A stretch of DNA of 64,000 bases, from the NCBI GenBank assembly GCA_040285825.1, contig JAUPSS010000008.1:372001-436000 (forward strand), in the 5' to 3' direction. Position 1 is the first letter of the stretch, and the number at the start of each line of letters is the position of its first letter. Below are positions 34,690 to 46,495 of the stretch, in pieces. Made by a program: the position numbers and the translations under genes. This DNA comes from Eukaryota sp. TZLM1-RC (taxonomy: Eukaryota; Protista; Metamonada: BaSk clade). The notes beneath the pieces were generated by a model. That model was not told the DNA's origin. It ran no database searches and was given only the letters and a program-made list of their open reading frames with translations.

Positions 34690-35190
34690 TCCATCTCTCC
34701 CAAAACAAAACAACTAGATGCAACTCTCTCATAGTGAGATCCAAGAGAAAGCAAAGCATCAGAAACCATCTTCAACATCCCCTTAAAAAGGAAAACAGAA
34801 TTCTATTTTGCCAAAGTAATCTGTTAATGTTCTTATTGTTCCTTCTTTTAACAATCTGTTCGAAATCTCTCAGAGAATGTAATGCAGTGGGAGCAAGTGA
34901 ACCAAAAAGAGAAAATACAAGTGGATACAAATTGTATCTATCATGTTATAGGGTAGACAATTTTAAACTTCAATTCTAAATTTTAGTAGAGCCTGATTTT
35001 TTGAGAAGAAAACAAACATTTCGACTAAAGGTAACAAAGAATGTTAGATAAAGCTTTATTGATGCATAAGAATTATTCAATTCAATTACTTTGATTTTAC
35101 GACAGTATTCAAGAGGTAAAACTTGGTTTGGAAGAGATTTCTCTGTAGTAATCAATGTACTTGAAATCAAAAAGGCCAACTATCAAAAGT
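34690..35190 (-). mobile_element. Degenerate CRE family B-like RLE fragment
   Basis: Minus strand ..NRLLWQNRILFSF.. matches NRVYWQNRIVFSIF of family B. Confidence 0.65.
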
Positions 35191-35335
35191 TTGATGTATT
35201 AAATTGAGATAAATGAGGAAAAAAAATCTAAACTATAATAAAAATAATGAAATGAAACAAAATTCGGATGTGTGAGATAAACCAATGGTTGTCAAGGAGT
35301 GATCATTAATGATCTTTTATTAATCAGTAAACCAA

Positions 35336-36982
35336 TCAACCTGTCAAGAGTTCATATGGATTAGTCGTTTCTGCTTCTTGCAGGGATTTATTTGATTGGT
35401 GATTTGATTGGTGATTTGAATGCAGTCGATAAGTTGATGGAAGAGTTCCATTAACTATAACTTTGAAAAGTTTCTCAAACAAATCAAGTGTTTCTGAATC
35501 CAAAAAAGAACCCAAAAGATGCTTTCTCCTTCCAATAATTGAACAATAAAAAGAAAATGAATTAAAACAAATAAGATTAAATGGTTTAAATCCAGAGAAA
35601 ATTTCCAACAATTGACATAGAACCGACATTTCAAACAAAACTGCCTCGTATTGGGATAGTAAATGAACTTTTTTGGAGGAAACTTCTGAGGTCTTTTTTT
35701 CCTTAGTGTGAGCAAGGCTCATGGCCAAAAGAGCCTGAATCTCTTTGCAAGGTATACCTAAATTATAAAGATATATAAGAGGAAGAAGAAAAGGAAGGTG
35801 ATCGTGATTAATTTGACTGACTGACTGTTGAACTCCAAAACAAACAGTCAATAAATCAATCTTGTCTGGGAAACCTAACGACTGTAAACTGACAAGTGGT
35901 TTTAAACTGACAACATTCGGTACATCAGCTGACGTGACTTGACCCCCTTGACCTCTAACTAATTCCCTCACTGAACGTGAAGCAATCAAAGAATAGATGA
36001 ACTGTCTAATTGGTCTGGAAGCAAGATAGACAGAATGACTGGAAGGGTCTTCTAGGGTTGGATAGCAGGTAAACTCCTCCAATGTTCCCAAGAGAGAATA
36101 ACCATAAGGAAGAAGAGAAGAGGAGGGGGGAGGGAAATGTGAAGAGGGTGGGTTGTGGTAGAAGGAATAAAGATTCTTCCAATAACAGGAAAGGGAAGAT
36201 GAATGAGAAAAAGAGGAAGACAAAGCAAGGTCAATTACAGAGTTTATGATTACATCAACAACATCATTTCTTGAAGGAATAAAACCAATGTTCTCTTTAA
36301 TGAACCAAGCAATGGCAGGTATTAATGAATTATTTGCTACCAGAGTCCATTCTTTTGATGTCTTTGAATAAAGATTTACTAGTTTATGATGAACCAATGA
36401 ACTTACCTGATGGTTATCATCAACCAAAGCCCCAAACAATGGAACCAACGACTGGGGGATGGAGAGCGAAGAAGCTAAGTGAGAAGAAGTGAGGATAGCA
36501 GAAGAGGAGAAGAGTTTGTGTGGAAAAATTAACTGCGTTTTGTTAAAAAATAAGAGTGAGAAATGATGAGAGCAAACAGCTGAATTTAAGTGTTGTGATA
36601 AACAAAAGATTTGATTAGTTTCGGTTAAATTGTAAACTGGTATATTCAAATTACTCAATAAATGTATTAAAAGTGATTCACCGAAAACTGGAAGGGGTAG
36701 ATTGGCAGTAGACTCACAAGAGTTGAAGAAGGAAACCAAACTTGAAAGAGATTTGTGAAAGCTTTTGTGGATTGAGCGTTTTTCACGATAGAAAAAGAAG
36801 TACACGTTGGAAAAAGAAGATTTAAGGGAAAAAAGTCTGTCTTTCAATTGATTGGTCAGAGACGTATACTCTACAATGGGTTTGTTAGGAATTAACAATG
36901 ATAGGAAGTTGTAAGCATCAACAAGAATACTAGACTGTGATGGGAAAGGAACCCCAGGTAAGGAATTCAGAAAGTCTTGCAT
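35336..36982 (-). CDS. Asteroid/ASTE1-like XPG-PIN family protein
   Basis: 548 aa; ILVDAYN, LPLFGALV-like helix, EDPSSHSVYLASRPIRQFIYSL motif. Confidence 0.7.
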   Translation of the reverse strand: MQDFLNSLPGVPFPSQSSILVDAYNFLSLLIPNKPIVEYTSLTNQLKDRLFSLKSSFSNVYFFFYREKRSIHKSFHKSLSSLVSFFNSCESTANLPLPVFGESLLIHLLSNLNIPVYNLTETNQIFCLSQHLNSAVCSHHFSLLFFNKTQLIFPHKLFSSSAILTSSHLASSLSIPQSLVPLFGALVDDNHQVSSLVHHKLVNLYSKTSKEWTLVANNSLIPAIAWFIKENIGFIPSRNDVVDVIINSVIDLALSSSFSHSSSLSCYWKNLYSFYHNPPSSHFPPPSSSLLPYGYSLLGTLEEFTCYPTLEDPSSHSVYLASRPIRQFIYSLIASRSVRELVRGQGGQVTSADVPNVVSLKPLVSLQSLGFPDKIDLLTVCFGVQQSVSQINHDHLPFLLPLIYLYNLGIPCKEIQALLAMSLAHTKEKKTSEVSSKKVHLLSQYEAVLFEMSVLCQLLEIFSGFKPFNLICFNSFSFYCSIIGRRKHLLGSFLDSETLDLFEKLFKVIVNGTLPSTYRLHSNHQSNHQSNKSLQEAETTNPYELLTG

Positions 36983-37161
36983 TTAGTGAGATGTAAGTGA
37001 GAGTTTACTTCAAAACACTTGTATGGACCGTTGAAGTAGAATAATAAAATGAGGGAGGTGCTCTGCTCTGGTACTGAGCTTGTGGAAGACAAATAGAAAT
37101 TGATTTACCTCCTTTTTCTCTCAAAAAGGATATTTCATTGTTATGGACAATATCTGTAAGA

Positions 37162-39525
37162 ATGAATATCAATGAATTGCGACTATGTGGTCAACAAATT
37201 AGTTCTATGTGTGAGCTACCATATCAATATCAACTTCAAGATCTTCCCAGACTTCAAGTGATTCACTTATTTGGTAACAACATTACCAAGATTGAATGCA
37301 TCAATGATCTTCACTCCTTAATTGAACTTAACCTTGCATCTAACCTTATTCGATCTCTCTCATCTGCTCCCATCACCCCATCACTTCACATTCTTGATCT
37401 CTCCTGCAACAAACTCACATCATTAACTGGAATTGAATCTTTTCCCAATCTCCGATCTCTACTTTTTTCCCACAACAGGGTAGCTTCTCTCACTCCCTTG
37501 ACCTGTCTCCATCTGTTAGAGCATGTTGATGGGAGAAACAATTCATTATCAAAAGTATCAGATCTATCTCCATTATCTTATTTGAATTCCCTTTCTTCTC
37601 TGAAACTATTTCATTCTCAAGGAAACCCGGTCACTTCGACCCCCAACTATAAACAAACTGTTTTGCAGCTATGCCCATCTCTAAAGGAGTTAGATGGAGT
37701 GGGACTGGAGGAGGAAAAGGAAAGAGAGAGTGTTATTCATTTGAGAAGGTTACTAGCAAAGTGTCAAAAAGAAGTTTCAAAATTAACAGAGGAAAAAGGA
37801 AAGTTAAGGAAACGGTGTAATGCTTTGGTTGCTGAAAATGAAGGATTGGAGGTCGTTATAGAAGATCAGAAACGGGATTTCAATCAGAAAATAGAAGACT
37901 TGAATGTAAACCTTGGTAATTGTAATAGGGAGAGGGTTATTTTAGAAGATCAGGTTTTTCGAATAGAAAAAGAAAAAGATTCGGTAGATTCAGAAAATTT
38001 AAATCAAATTAAAATTTTGAAGGATCAAGTTGAAAGTTTGTCAAAGAGGTGTCATGAGCTTGAGCAGAGTAATAAGGATCAAATTGAAGAGAATGGTAAA
38101 ATATTGAGTGAATGTGACACATTAAGAAATGAAAAATGGAAAACTCAATGCGAATTGAATTCATTTATAAAAGAATTGGAATTTTGTAAAAAGGATAGAG
38201 GCACTCATCTACAAGAACTTGAAAATTTGAAGGTGTCACTCAATCAACTGACATCTGAAAAGAGCTCATTGGAGACAAGGCTGTCTCAACTAACTGAAGA
38301 TCACCATCAAGTAAGCAACGAATTGATGCAAAAAGAATCTAAAATTAAGGAATTAAATTCCTCAATAAACAAACAAGAACAACTTATTCAGGATTTACGA
38401 GAAGATACTTCACGATTGACATCCATGAATAGTTCATATAAAGAGACAATTGGCAATCAGAAAACCCGCATCGTTGAGTTGCAACAAGATCATAAATTAT
38501 CTATTCAAAGTCTCAAAAAAGAGGCTCAAAAAGACCGCGAGACTTTCCTTGATCATGTTTCCAGTCTAGAAGATGAACTGTATAATTCAAACCAAGAACT
38601 TGATAAGCTGAGGTCAATTCTATCTAAAATTAAATCAACAGTTGCGTCTAAAACCAAGGAAAAAGAAAATCAAGTAAAAGAAAAAGAGCGTTTATTGTCC
38701 CTTAATGAACAACTTGGACAGACCCTTTCTGTATTGGAAAAAGATCTTGAAGCTGAACGTAGGCAAACAGAAACTCTTTCCTCTAGTCTTGAGAAATCAA
38801 GGGAAAGAATATTGGAATTGGAGGAAATAGTGCGACAAAAGGATTATGAAATTGAGGTTACCGTGAGAGCATATGAAAATTTGGTGCAAGAAAAGGAAAA
38901 TTTGGAAAAAGATCAAACAGAACACACAAATCAAATATTCCATCTTGAGTCATGTTTACAAGACCAAAACAAAGTTTGTTCTGAACAATCTTTAAAAATT
39001 AAGGAGCTATCATTTTCTTTAGATTCCCAAAAAACAGAATTGAACAAGTTAAAATCAGATAATAATTCTTTTCAAATCGTGGCAAAGAGACTTCAAGAAA
39101 ATCTTCATAAATGTAAATCTGATTTAGCTGCTGTAGAAAAAAGGCTCCAAGACTCTGAGTCTGAATTAGATCATAAAAACAATGAGCTAGAGGCTACTGT
39201 CAAGGCTTATGAGAAATTCGTCATAGATAAGTCGAGACTAGAAGAGATCAATGACAAGTTGTCACATGAAAATTTGGAACTTGTACGCAACATTAGATCT
39301 CTTGAGCACGATTTGGATAAAGCAAAAGAGAATTTGTCCGAAAAGTGTTCCAAAGTAAAAGAATTTGAACTTCAAGTGAAGTATTTGAATGAAAATTTAC
39401 AAGAACTGGGCAAAAATTACGATTCCGTTCAAAGGGAAAAAAACTCGGCTGTTTCAAGAGTAACAAAGCTTCAACAAGTAGTTCAGCAATTACAAAGTCT
39501 CAATTCAATGTTAACTAGTGAATAA
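37162..39525 (+). CDS. Leucine-rich repeat and coiled-coil protein (LRRCC1/VFL1-like)
   Basis: N-terminal SDS22-type LRRs with GNPV..Y..LKELDG cap, then ~600 aa coiled coil; first ATG at 37162. Confidence 0.75.
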   Translation: MNINELRLCGQQISSMCELPYQYQLQDLPRLQVIHLFGNNITKIECINDLHSLIELNLASNLIRSLSSAPITPSLHILDLSCNKLTSLTGIESFPNLRSLLFSHNRVASLTPLTCLHLLEHVDGRNNSLSKVSDLSPLSYLNSLSSLKLFHSQGNPVTSTPNYKQTVLQLCPSLKELDGVGLEEEKERESVIHLRRLLAKCQKEVSKLTEEKGKLRKRCNALVAENEGLEVVIEDQKRDFNQKIEDLNVNLGNCNRERVILEDQVFRIEKEKDSVDSENLNQIKILKDQVESLSKRCHELEQSNKDQIEENGKILSECDTLRNEKWKTQCELNSFIKELEFCKKDRGTHLQELENLKVSLNQLTSEKSSLETRLSQLTEDHHQVSNELMQKESKIKELNSSINKQEQLIQDLREDTSRLTSMNSSYKETIGNQKTRIVELQQDHKLSIQSLKKEAQKDRETFLDHVSSLEDELYNSNQELDKLRSILSKIKSTVASKTKEKENQVKEKERLLSLNEQLGQTLSVLEKDLEAERRQTETLSSSLEKSRERILELEEIVRQKDYEIEVTVRAYENLVQEKENLEKDQTEHTNQIFHLESCLQDQNKVCSEQSLKIKELSFSLDSQKTELNKLKSDNNSFQIVAKRLQENLHKCKSDLAAVEKRLQDSESELDHKNNELEATVKAYEKFVIDKSRLEEINDKLSHENLELVRNIRSLEHDLDKAKENLSEKCSKVKEFELQVKYLNENLQELGKNYDSVQREKNSAVSRVTKLQQVVQQLQSLNSMLTSE

Positions 39526-39864
39526 TGATTTTAATTCTGTAAAACTTCTTTTAAACACAATTCTGCTATATTGAATTCTTTTGGCTATTGTTGAGTAATA
39601 CTTGAGGTTAAGTACGAATCTTTGAAGTAAATCATTAAATCGGGGAAGATGAACTTGAATGAGAAAACTCATGACAAACCCAATAACCAGCATCAATTAC
39701 ACAACATGCTGTATTGAAGAGTGAAATAGAACAGAATCTAATGTTTCGGTAGATTTATCTTTAATAAACTGTTTAAACAATCTTTATTTCAATATGACAA
39801 ATAGAAGAAAATTTATCGACTAACATCGACACCAAATTTTGAAATTGAAATTCGGCAATCAATC

Positions 39865-42622
39865 TCAGTCTCTGAGAGCTTACACAATATTTTTTCTGCG
39901 TGTTGCTTAAGCAGGTTCAATGAAAAAGCTAAAAAGATTTTATTACCCTGTCAATATGGTATAAATACTACAGATGGAGTCTCTTCAGCGATTTTTGCTA
40001 CTGATGTCTTATTTCGTCAAAATGAATCCAATGTTTGCATGTCATTGGATTTTTGTAATGCTTTCAATTCACTAAGTCGTCGCAGTATCCATGGTGCTCT
40101 ATTGCAATATATGCCGGAATTAATACCATATTTTCAATCAACATATTGCACATATTCTAATTTACATTTTGGTAACAACATTTTGAGTTCATCAAGTGGC
40201 GTAAAGCAAGGACATCCGTTAGGACCTCTTTTGTTTTGTTTGGCCATTCATCCTATTCTACTGCAAATTCAAGAGATGTTTCCTTCACTAAAAATGATTG
40301 CATATATGGATGATGTTGTGCTTATTGGTGATTTAAATATTGTGAAAAAAGCAACTGTATGTTTTAAAGAATTATTTACCAAAATTGGTCTCCGACTTAA
40401 TTTACTTAAATGTGTTTTGTTATCGAATTCTCCAGTTTCCACAATAATTGATGATATTGAAATTCAAGCCAAATTATATTCAATTGATGCTATTCGTCAT
40501 TTGGGTTCGTTTTTAGGAAATAATGATGAAATTACTAAAAAATTGTTTGAAAAGTTGAACTCAATTTCTGACAAAATTGACCGAATGATGAATTTAGATA
40601 TAAAAAAACACATCAAATTTACCATTATAAGACTGTGTTTTAGTTCCAATTTTAATCATATATTTCGATCTACAAATCCTCTCGTCACTAGACCTTTGGC
40701 TCAAAAGTTGAATGAGTTACGTGCAAAAGTTCTGTCTCAATTACTGGGATGTAAAATGTTTCAAATTCCAGATCATGCTTACCTTAGTCCACATTATGGT
40801 GGTTTAGGGTGGACGAAGGCTTCTATTCTTACCTCGTGTGCTTTTGTTGGTGGATGCAGAAATGCAATCTTTGAGTTTTCCGAAAGATTTGCAGATTGGG
40901 AAGATTTATTGATGACAACGCAAAGTTCCACTGTTTTTGCATTAAATGAAGAAATTTCAAGAATTGATGTAGAAAAATGGGGTCGATGTTTTCCCCAATC
41001 ATTCAATGGCAATATTCCAGAAAAAAATGTTTTAAATTTGAAGTACACTCTTCGAACATTACAGAAAAGATTGACTGGAATGTATGAAAAAGATCTTTAT
41101 AATAATATTTGCAGCTCGGCTGTTTTAAATCAAGATCTTCACTCATTGTTATTGGAAAAGGGTGTTTGTGAAAACAAGACGTCAGATTCTTCACTTTTTG
41201 TAACCATTGTACCACGAAGATTTGGACTGTGTGCTAATAATGAAGCATTTGTAACAAAAATGAGATTATATTTGAACATCCCCATTAACCAATTATTATC
41301 AAAAGAAAAATGTATTTGTTCGAATTCACCTCAACTCACTTTGCGCCATGCTCTAAATTGCTCTAAATTGATAACTTATCGTTCTTCATTACATGATGCT
41401 GTTAGAGACACTGTTTTCAATATGGCACAAACTGCAAAGATATCGTGTATCAAAGAGCCCCTGCTGAAAGAAACACTTTCTCTGAATAATTTTGGTTCTG
41501 ATGATAGAGGTGATGTATACTGTGATTGGATTGATAATTCTGAAGCTATTGTTGACTTTGTCTCATGTAATGTTGCAAACGATACTTTGGTTCACAGAAG
41601 AAAACTTAATCCTGTGGCTGCTCTGGATTTTAAAGCAAAAGAAAAACATAGAAAATATGATAAAGAAATTGAAGATGCAAATATCGATAGAAATACACAG
41701 CTGGTTTTTATTTATAATAATATTTGCAGCTCGGCTGTTTTAAATCAAGATCTTCACTCATTGTTATTGGAAAAGGGTGTTTGTGAAAACAAGGTGTCAG
41801 ATTCTTCACTTTTTGTAACCATTGTACCACGAAGATTTGGATTGTGTGCTACTAATGAAGCATTTGTAACAAAAATGAGATTATATTTGAACATCCCCAT
41901 TAACCAATTATTATCAAAAGAAAAATGTATTTGTTCGAATTCACCTCAACTCACTTTGCGCCATGCTCCAAATTGCTCTAAATTGATAACTTATCGTTCT
42001 TCATTACATGATGCTGTTAGAGACACTGTTTTCAATATGGCACAAACTGCAAGGATATCGTGTATCAAAGAGCCCCTGCTGAAGGAAACACTTTCTCTGA
42101 ATAATTTTGGTTCTGATGATAGAGGTAATGTATACTGTGATTGGATTGATAATTCTGAAGCTATTGTTGACTTAGTCTCATGTAATGTTGCAAACGATAC
42201 TTTGGTTCACAGAAGAAAACTTAATCCTGTGGCTGCTCTGGATTTTAAAGCAAAAGAAAAACATAGAAAATATGATAAAGAAATTGAAGATGCAAATGTC
42301 GATAGAAATACACAGCTGGTTTTTATTGCTTTCCCATTTTCGATAAATAAAAGATTATCAGTTGAAGCAGAAACTTTTTTGGATGACTTCCAAAAAATGG
42401 TGAAAGAAAAAACAATGAAAAGATTTGATATTTTTTTATGGCGTTCACGGATTCAATTTGCCATTATTAATAGATTACCGCGGTTTTTCAATTGAATTAG
42501 AGAAGCTTTAGCTAGACAGCAAGCAGATCAAGATTTTTTAGAGGAAATCTTGGTTTAATGATAGTCGTCCCATTAGTTATGATTTAATTTAATCAAGTGT
42601 GCAAATTCAATAAATACGATAC
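39865..42622 (+). mobile_element. 5'-truncated CRE family A copy with in-frame 615-bp tandem duplication of the CCHC-RLE region
   Basis: 818-aa ORF 40039-42495 with YMDD and two RLE modules; TSD gcaatcaatc at 39855-39864 and 42623-42632. Confidence 0.92.
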
Positions 42623-42806
42623 GCAATCAATCATTCCTGATTTTCTGTTAGTATACCCTGTTCCATTTGCCAGGCGGCCAACCACAACCGACGTACTTGT
42701 CGCCAGACAGATGCATCATCACCTAATGATAGTAATTTCATTTGTGAGGCAGAGCACCACCCAAGTGTTGACTTAAATGAGGGCGAAATGCCTCTCCCAT
42801 TGTCAT

Positions 42807-42879
42807 CCCCTGTCTACTAAAATCATCCACGAATTCCCTGTCTACTAAAATCATCCACGAATCCCCTGTCTACTAAAAT
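42807..42879. repeat. 28-bp tandem repeat, ~2.6 copies
   Basis: ccctgtctactaaaatcatccacgaat; tgtct recurs at 42811, 42839 and 42867. Confidence 0.9.
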
Positions 42880-42999
42880 TTCTGTAAATTTACAATAACA
42901 GTGTGTTTAGTATCATTTTCATATTTCTGAATCTTGGATTCTAAAATGATATATGATGTTAGGTGGTTGATAAGTGAATTTGATGTGATCAATTATAGT

Positions 43000-43300
43000 T
43001 GTTGATTGACAAGCCACCAGGGATTGTCAATTTGACATCGTCTCGAAAGTACGTGCTGAAAGTAATTCGAAGTCGTGCATTGTCCCCAATTGGCACCAAA
43101 GGTCCAGGGTTTGTTCCCTGTAATCAACAAGCGCTGGAATATTTCAAAGAAATAATCCCTATCCAAGGATTATTACGAAACCCTTTTAAGTTTTTTCATA
43201 AAGAATATTAAAACACCCTCAATTTCTAGTGATGGAATCTCATTGCGCTTCACTATTTCGACGAAGGCCAAATAGACTCACACCAGGTGAAAAAAAATTC
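43000..43300 (+). pseudogene. Probable Fanzor1 WED-region fragment
   Basis: RALSPIGTKGPGFVPCNQQAL then SISSDGISLRF, resembling the Fanzor1 'llP..p.fi.id..aL' and 'TDGVS' motifs. Confidence 0.45.
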
Positions 43301-43613
43301 AAATGCACAAACTGGTGAAATCGTCCAAATTTTGGAAACTACACTAGAGAGCGAAATATGAGGAAAATGGGCGTGCTGACTGACCGAGGAAAGTGTCAAG
43401 AATATTTCAAGATTGCCAAATCTCTCCATCAGAGAAGACCTTTTTTCCGTTCATTCATGGTTGAATAACTAGACATTCTTTTCGGACTCAAAACTGAGTA
43501 AACTATACTCACTTAAATCCACTTCTTATACTCCCCTTATAACCCCTTCTCTTCAGCTCACATTTCATCATATATAGCAGTGATATCTTCAAAATTGCCT
43601 TGAGCTACAGCTT

Positions 43614-44450
43614 ATGCTAACTTACCCTCAACTTGTTAGCTCAATTCCTTTTGGCAATCCTGATATCAAAGAACAAGTAGTCAAGCTCTATCAGACCTGT
43701 CCAACTTTTAAAGACGTCCTCAGAACCTCTCTCCCAGTCACCATTCGTTCATTGAGCATACAACAACCACCTACTCAAGCACAGACTGTTCATGACGTAT
43801 TACACACTCTGAATCATCCTCCAGATCCTCTTCTTGAATATGCTCTACTATATTTAAAGAAGAAACACTCAACAGCTGATCCTGTGTCTTCTAACTCACC
43901 TTCTAGGCCAAATTTCCTCCCCAAATTTAAGAAAATATTTCATTTTTTTATTGTTAATGATACCAAATCAATTGTTGACAAAGTGATTTCAATGCTTGAA
44001 GAATCAATCACTTGTACTTCTGCCTTGTCTTATCCTCCTTCAGTACCAATACCAGTAGCTTCTCCTCTTTATCAAGAAGTTTTCCACTGTGTAAAGGAAG
44101 GTAAAGTTTATTTAAAGAGTATATCAAAAGCAATTAATTTTCTTTTGTTTAATCGTTCTATCCATTGGAAAGTAGTTGGCTTTGGCAGTCTTTTGTCCGA
44201 ATTGGAGATTAGGAAATCTAAATTAGAAACTGTGTTGAACGTTACTCAAAGGTTTCAACCTCAATCAATTGATGATAGAATTGATTGGGAAGGATCACGT
44301 GATATCGAAGTTGATTGGGAAACTGATCTTTTTGATGACCAATCAGAATTTGATGAAGAAGAAGTCTTTTCCTTTTTTGACAGTGTAAGCGAAGAGCCGC
44401 TTATTGATACCTCAGTGACTGAAATTCTTGAGGCTTTAGAGTTCAATTAA
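43614..44450 (+). CDS. Hypothetical protein with acidic C-terminus (an upstream exon is possible)
   Basis: 278-aa intact ORF with host-like composition. Confidence 0.6.
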   Translation: MLTYPQLVSSIPFGNPDIKEQVVKLYQTCPTFKDVLRTSLPVTIRSLSIQQPPTQAQTVHDVLHTLNHPPDPLLEYALLYLKKKHSTADPVSSNSPSRPNFLPKFKKIFHFFIVNDTKSIVDKVISMLEESITCTSALSYPPSVPIPVASPLYQEVFHCVKEGKVYLKSISKAINFLLFNRSIHWKVVGFGSLLSELEIRKSKLETVLNVTQRFQPQSIDDRIDWEGSRDIEVDWETDLFDDQSEFDEEEVFSFFDSVSEEPLIDTSVTEILEALEFN

Positions 44451-45213
44451 AGCTCTAGATCTTGGTATGTGAACTGTTATTTCTTCAAGAAAAATAACTA
44501 TTAAAGTAAAAATAGATGGTTCTCTAACCTTTTGTTAAACTTGATGTTGCGGATTGTAGATATTGGAAAATGTTTCCTCTGTGTCAAATTAAATAGGTAT
44601 TTCTTCAAAGTTGATGAATCCTCAGTAAATTTATTTATTTCATGTTTTATGCATTATTAATTGTTATTCATGCTGAGCATTTCCCAAAATGATCACAAAT
44701 TAATGTTGAACAATAACAAGGAACTCTTCAAAAACTGTGGATTATGACAGAAAGTATTGAGTATGAAATCCCATTGGAACTGAAAGCAGAAATGGTCCCT
44801 AGAGGTGTTGGGATCGAACCATCTGTACTTCTACACGAAAGATTGGGAATTGGAAATGAATCAACTCTTTATCGTAATTGTAAACAGTGATTTGTTGAAT
44901 GTACTATTATCGGTAACAATCGTTGTTAGTAGGTGGTTGTGCTTCAGTTGAGATTTGAGAAAATCATTTAAGTTCACCATCACATCCGGACCACGACAGC
45001 CATAGATCGTGTAGTTCATTTGATAATGGATGTTCGCCGCCTCCTGATCCTGTCATTCATCAAAATGCAAATATCGCCGATCGTTCTCCTTTTTGTTCAA
45101 TTGTTATTGAAACCAATAATATTGGTCTTCAATGGACACCAAAAAAAGCTTTAGACAATCTGCGAGCTCAACAAAATCAATCACAGCCAGATCAACATCT
45201 GAGGAAATGACTA

Positions 45214-45474
45214 ATGATGAGCAATTGTCAGGACATCAAGTTTTTGTACAAAGGAAATTTGAGAGTAACAAATCCCAGACGCTATAGAAGAGAAAAGACT
45301 CCTGTCACTACATGTCATGGTTTATTAACTTGTAACAGTGACAGTTGCAAACTCAGTAACAAAGGCTCAACAAAGCTTTTCAATAGAAATAAGCTGGCTT
45401 GTCTGAATATGTTTGCAATTGCTGAAGCCAGAATGACAGGTAATGAAAGGCCTCAGTATCTGTGTAGTAGATAG
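45214..45474 (+). pseudogene. Fanzor1 C-terminal fragment (third family)
   Basis: NPRRYR..CHGLLTCNSDSC..LFNRNKLACLNMFAI..GNERPQYLCSR matches the Fanzor1 C-terminus; RuvC-III NRD reads NRN. Confidence 0.8.
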
Positions 45475-45604
45475 TTTTTGTAATTATTCCGCACGAAAAT
45501 TGATCATTTACTTATGGGGATTTCCCCATACTTCAACTTTATGTAGAAATTTTGAAACCAATTGTACAGTGGATTGTTTATTGTTTACAGCTGATATACA
45601 TACT

Positions 45605-46495
45605 TCACCAATCAATAGAATATGGACTATCTGCTTTAGTCCAGTTATAGACTCCTCCTCTAGACACAAAGGAGGACTGGTCGAATCCAGACTCACGCAG
45701 AGCTTGAGCCACTCCGACCTCCAAAATAGATTTGGATGGTTGTTTGCTACCACCCTCACAATTTAGGAAAGACATGTGTTCATCCAGTATGAGGTAACTG
45801 TTCTGCATAGTTTCATTGGACTCTGGTACTAGGCAGGACTGCTCTTCGTGTCGCAGAATGAACGAGTTAAACTGCGAGCTTGAAACAACCATGTCCTCAG
45901 CATTCTTCAATGCTGATTTACCCGTATTCTCGCCCTCGAGTAGTAAACATTGAAAGACCTTCCAGCGGCAAGGGTTTAGCGCCGCAATATGGCTATTCAT
46001 ATCTTCCCCAACATTGAGGGTACAAACAACAGTGTTGAGCTTAAAACGACAGCCATACTGCTTACACAACTCAGAAACTTTGTAGGCATTCTGCCGTTGG
46101 TTTTTGCTGCGTCCGATGTGTACATTCGTATCATCATCGAAAGAATCGCAGCTCACGGCGATAATGTCGACATATTCGGCGTACTCTCTCATCCAGGAGT
46201 CGGTCAAGCGGGATCCGTTGGTCACAATAGATACAGAAGGTAACGCGAGATCAACCTTGCAAAATCGTGCAAGCTCTCCCGCGAATAACGGATAAAGCAA
46301 GGGTTCTCCACCACAAATGTTGAGCTTCTCCATGCCTGCTTCAAAAAGCAGTTTGAGGCCCCGTTTGGCCTCTGAAAGATCGAGAACATCACTGCTTTTA
46401 GCAGAGTGGAAGCAGAACCTGCAGTTGTAGTTACATCGTCGGGAGAAATGATAGTTGACACTTACAGGCTTGAATGGGGGTGGATCGTAGGTCAT
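45605..46495 (-). CDS. RSAD2: Viperin (radical SAM antiviral ddhNTP synthase)
   Basis: SVNYHFSRRCNYNCRFCFH (CxxxCxxC), GGEP, SIVTNGS, RWKVFQ, SYLILDE, F..RGGVYNW; intact and intronless. Confidence 0.95.
   Translation of the reverse strand: MTYDPPPFKPVSVNYHFSRRCNYNCRFCFHSAKSSDVLDLSEAKRGLKLLFEAGMEKLNICGGEPLLYPLFAGELARFCKVDLALPSVSIVTNGSRLTDSWMREYAEYVDIIAVSCDSFDDDTNVHIGRSKNQRQNAYKVSELCKQYGCRFKLNTVVCTLNVGEDMNSHIAALNPCRWKVFQCLLLEGENTGKSALKNAEDMVVSSSQFNSFILRHEEQSCLVPESNETMQNSYLILDEHMSFLNCEGGSKQPSKSILEVGVAQALRESGFDQSSFVSRGGVYNWTKADSPYSIDW

Noticed and set aside
42807-42879. CRISPR-like array
   Set aside because: Head-to-tail 28-bp repeats with no spacers, in a eukaryotic context
44960-45100. Minus-strand ..DQEAANI.. 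as another Fanzor RuvC-III
   Set aside because: Motif spacing is off, a frameshift is needed and no supporting zinc finger is present
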